This document shows, piece by piece, positions 61,346-64,000 of a stretch of DNA of 64,000 bases. The translations under genes were made by a program, and so were the position numbers. Below the pieces are notes generated by a model. That model was not told the origin of the DNA. It saw nothing but the letters and a program-made list of their open reading frames with translations, and searched no databases. Source of the DNA: Okamejei kenojei. Taxonomy: Eukaryota. The stretch lies in contig CM069132.1 of the NCBI GenBank assembly GCA_035221665.1, positions 98,208,001 through 98,272,000 on the forward strand, read 5' to 3'. The first letter of the stretch is position 1. Every line of letters begins with the position of its first letter.

Positions 61346-62170
61346 TGACAATTAAGTAAACTCAAACGGTAAAGAAGAATGAAAAATTATCTAATGAATT
61401 GTGCAGTTCTGGCTTCATTTTCATCTCCGTCTATTTTTGTGCATTTACGAATGAGTTCAGCACTTCCAAGTACCACTTTGGGTTTTTCCAGTCATGAGTA
61501 GAGTCATCAATAGCATAAGAAAACGTTCACTGAAAAACTATGAGCAATGCGGAGATGCATTGAGCATAGTCACCAAGAAGAGGATGTGTGAGTGACTGAG
61601 AGTGGGAGAAACGTGGGAGCATCCGCGAGAACAGCTGATTTGCTCACAGAAACAGCCGTGCATGCGACGGCAGTAGCGCACTGCTACTGTAACATCAATT
61701 ATCGAACATCTTGGAAATTGTGCAGTGGACTTACAGAATTGTTTACGAAAGTACGAGTTGAAGAAAATCACATATTACATCAGGCGGGGAGTGTCTGTAG
61801 GAGTTTGTGAGGTCTTTTTGAACTGCTGAAATCCAAGTGGTGAAGATATTCTCACGGCTTGGTGGACAGATCCAGTAGATAGACCCAATGATAAAGAAGG
61901 AAAGACAATCTATTTCCACGTTGGATTGTATGTAACTTACAGAGGAATTCGCAGGTGGTGACTCCCCCTGATACCTATTGACCTTTTCCCTTTTGGGTGG
62001 TGGAAATTGACGTTTTGGCAATCATTGTTAGAATTAAAGAAAATTACAGCACGGAAACAGGCCCTCTCGGCCCTTTCCAGTCCGTGCCGACCTGGCAATC
62101 ATTGTTAGAAACAAAGAAAATAGGTGCAGGAGGAGGACATTCGGCCCTTCGAGCCAGCAAAGCCATTCAT

Positions 62171-62461
62171 TGACATGAGAATTAAGGGACAGAAGTTTAG
62201 GGGTAACATGAGGGGGAACTTCTTTACTCAGAGGGTGGTGGCTGTGTGGAATGAGCTTCCAGCAGAAGTGGTGGAGGAAGGATCGATTTTAACACTTAAA
62301 AGTAAAGTGGATAGGTATATGGACGTGAAGGGAATGGAGGGGTATGGAGGGAATGGAGCAGGTAGATGGGACTAGGGGAAAACAAATGGTCGGCACGGAC
62401 TGGAAGGGCCAAGAGGGCCTGTTTCCGTGCTGTAATTGTTATATGGTTATATGGTTATATG
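62171..62461 (+). mobile_element. Young CR1 LINE 3' end inserted in an older inverted CR1 tail
   Basis: DMRIKGQKFRGNMRGNFFTQRVVAVWNELP; attg on both sides restores gccattc-attg-tgatcatggctgatc. Confidence 0.9.
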
Positions 62462-64000
62462 ATTGTGATCATGGCTGATCATCCCCAATCAATGCCTGCC
62501 TTACAGAAACATTGATACAACAATGGTGAGTTTTGGCAGTGCAATCTCTAGATGGAGAACATCATGTGCGAAGGGGAAAGTTTAATAGAACGGGGCAACT
62601 TTTTTTACACAGAGAGTGGTGGGGGCCTAGAACGCGTTGTGGAGGTAGATATTATAGTGGCATTAAAGAGGATTTTAGATAGATACATGGAAGTGCAGGG
62701 AACAGAGGGATTTGGATCATGTACAGGCAGATGAGATCAGTTTAACTTGGCATCATGTTTGGCGCAATCATTGTGGGCCAAAGGGCCTGTTCCAGTGCTG
62801 CATTTGTTTAATGACAACTACAAAGGGAAGTATACTCCAGGTGGTAATGAAAGCAAATCTGTCTATTGCAGGTGGAAATGACAGTAATAGCAGCAGAAGC
62901 CCCCAGAGATATGAAAGTAACAATAGACCCGGCAAGAAGATTAAGACTATTGCAATCGGCGCCTCTCCGATACACAGAGGTGAGTCATACAGAATGAAAA
63001 CTGCAGAAGATTACAAACTTAACGACAAGAATAAAGTCACAGAATGTTTTTTGTAAAAAATAAGACCAGAAGGTTAGAAAGTATTTCCTGACCACAAATG
63101 TTCACATGTTATTTACAACCGATATAATTATTTTGAGATAATCACTGAACATGTTGGGAAGTAGGAGTGCATCTTTCCACATGGCATAGTGCTACAAACT
63201 GCGAGGAGGTAGAAACAGATGGTCAATATATCTTGTGGATAGAACAATATATTTTGATAATACCCCAAGAAATAATGCCATGGAATCTTTAGCATCCACA
63301 GAAGACAGAAGGTCCTCAATTTAACTACCTCGGCACTGAGCTAAAACTTTGAGTGGTTTATAAGCCCACAAGAATGAGAATGCCATGACTGATTGAACCT
63401 GATTGATTATGCATGGCATTTCATGGAACCTGACGATAATTGCAGGAAATAAGAAAAGATACTCTTGGAAGCTGAATCATGATCCTTTTATCCCAGCTCT
63501 TTCCCCTCCCTCTCACTTTCCACCCGAAAGGACTTCTGCCTTTGTCATTTCTAACTTCTAACCTTTGTCACTTACTCCACCCATGTGCCAATCAAACCCT
63601 CCATCACGTGTATCCACCTATCACTTGGCAGTATTTGTCCCAACCCCAGGTAGATAAAATTTTCCAGCATCTGCAGTTCCTTCTTAAACATTTTGTCCCA
63701 ACCTCATCTCTTTTTTCCAGATTTCTCCCTCCTGCTTCTATCAGTCTGAGGAAGGGACCAGATCCAAAACATTATCTGTCTATTCCTGCACAGATGCTTC
63801 CTGACATGCGGAGCTCCGCCAGCACTTGGTGTTCTGATCACGCAATACTGTTTATTTCACCACCACATGATTCAAAATAGAGTTACCACAGAAAGAAGAG
63901 CAACAATTACAATTTTCAGGTCATTTCGCACCAATTGATATATTCAGACAGGCATTGACCTGTTTGAAATAAAATAATAAATCTTTGAAAATATTCAGCA

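Larger units (their letters stand above)
2145..64000 (-). other. CNTNAP2: Large intron upstream of the CNTNAP2 exon (intron 13 equivalent), >61 kb
   Basis: I found no sequence encoding the preceding exon in the window by manual scan. CNTNAP2 is known for giant introns. Confidence 0.7.

Noticed and set aside
61450-62015. Unique-looking sequence with short ORFs and donor-like motifs as the upstream CNTNAP2 exon
   Set aside because: The translations I examined do not resemble CNTNAP2 or any protein I recognise

Overview
Eukaryotic genomic DNA, most likely from a cartilaginous fish such as a skate or ray (inferred from the HE1/V-SINE-like, CR1, Rex1 and Penelope repeat content). The only host coding sequence I can support is one 157-nt minus-strand exon of CNTNAP2 (Caspr2) at 1988-2144, equivalent to human exon 14. 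The rest is a very large, transposon-filled intron. It holds two RT-deleted DIRS1-like tyrosine-recombinase retrotransposons with intact terminal/ICR architecture, a very young CR1 LINE subfamily, many Rex1/Babar-type LINE fragments, Penelope-like (GIY-YIG) fragments, and Penelope-derived palindromic elements carrying minimal hammerhead-ribozyme-like motifs. It also holds three TNA-target (Harbinger-like) MITEs, a hAT-like MITE with a 7-bp TSD, tRNA-derived SINEs, an old multi-kb tandem duplication hidden under later insertions, a probable collapsed-haplotype assembly artefact and a 152-N gap. Nearly all ORFs in the supplied track are TE fragments or noise. All alignments and identities were judged by eye, and boundaries of old repeats are approximate.
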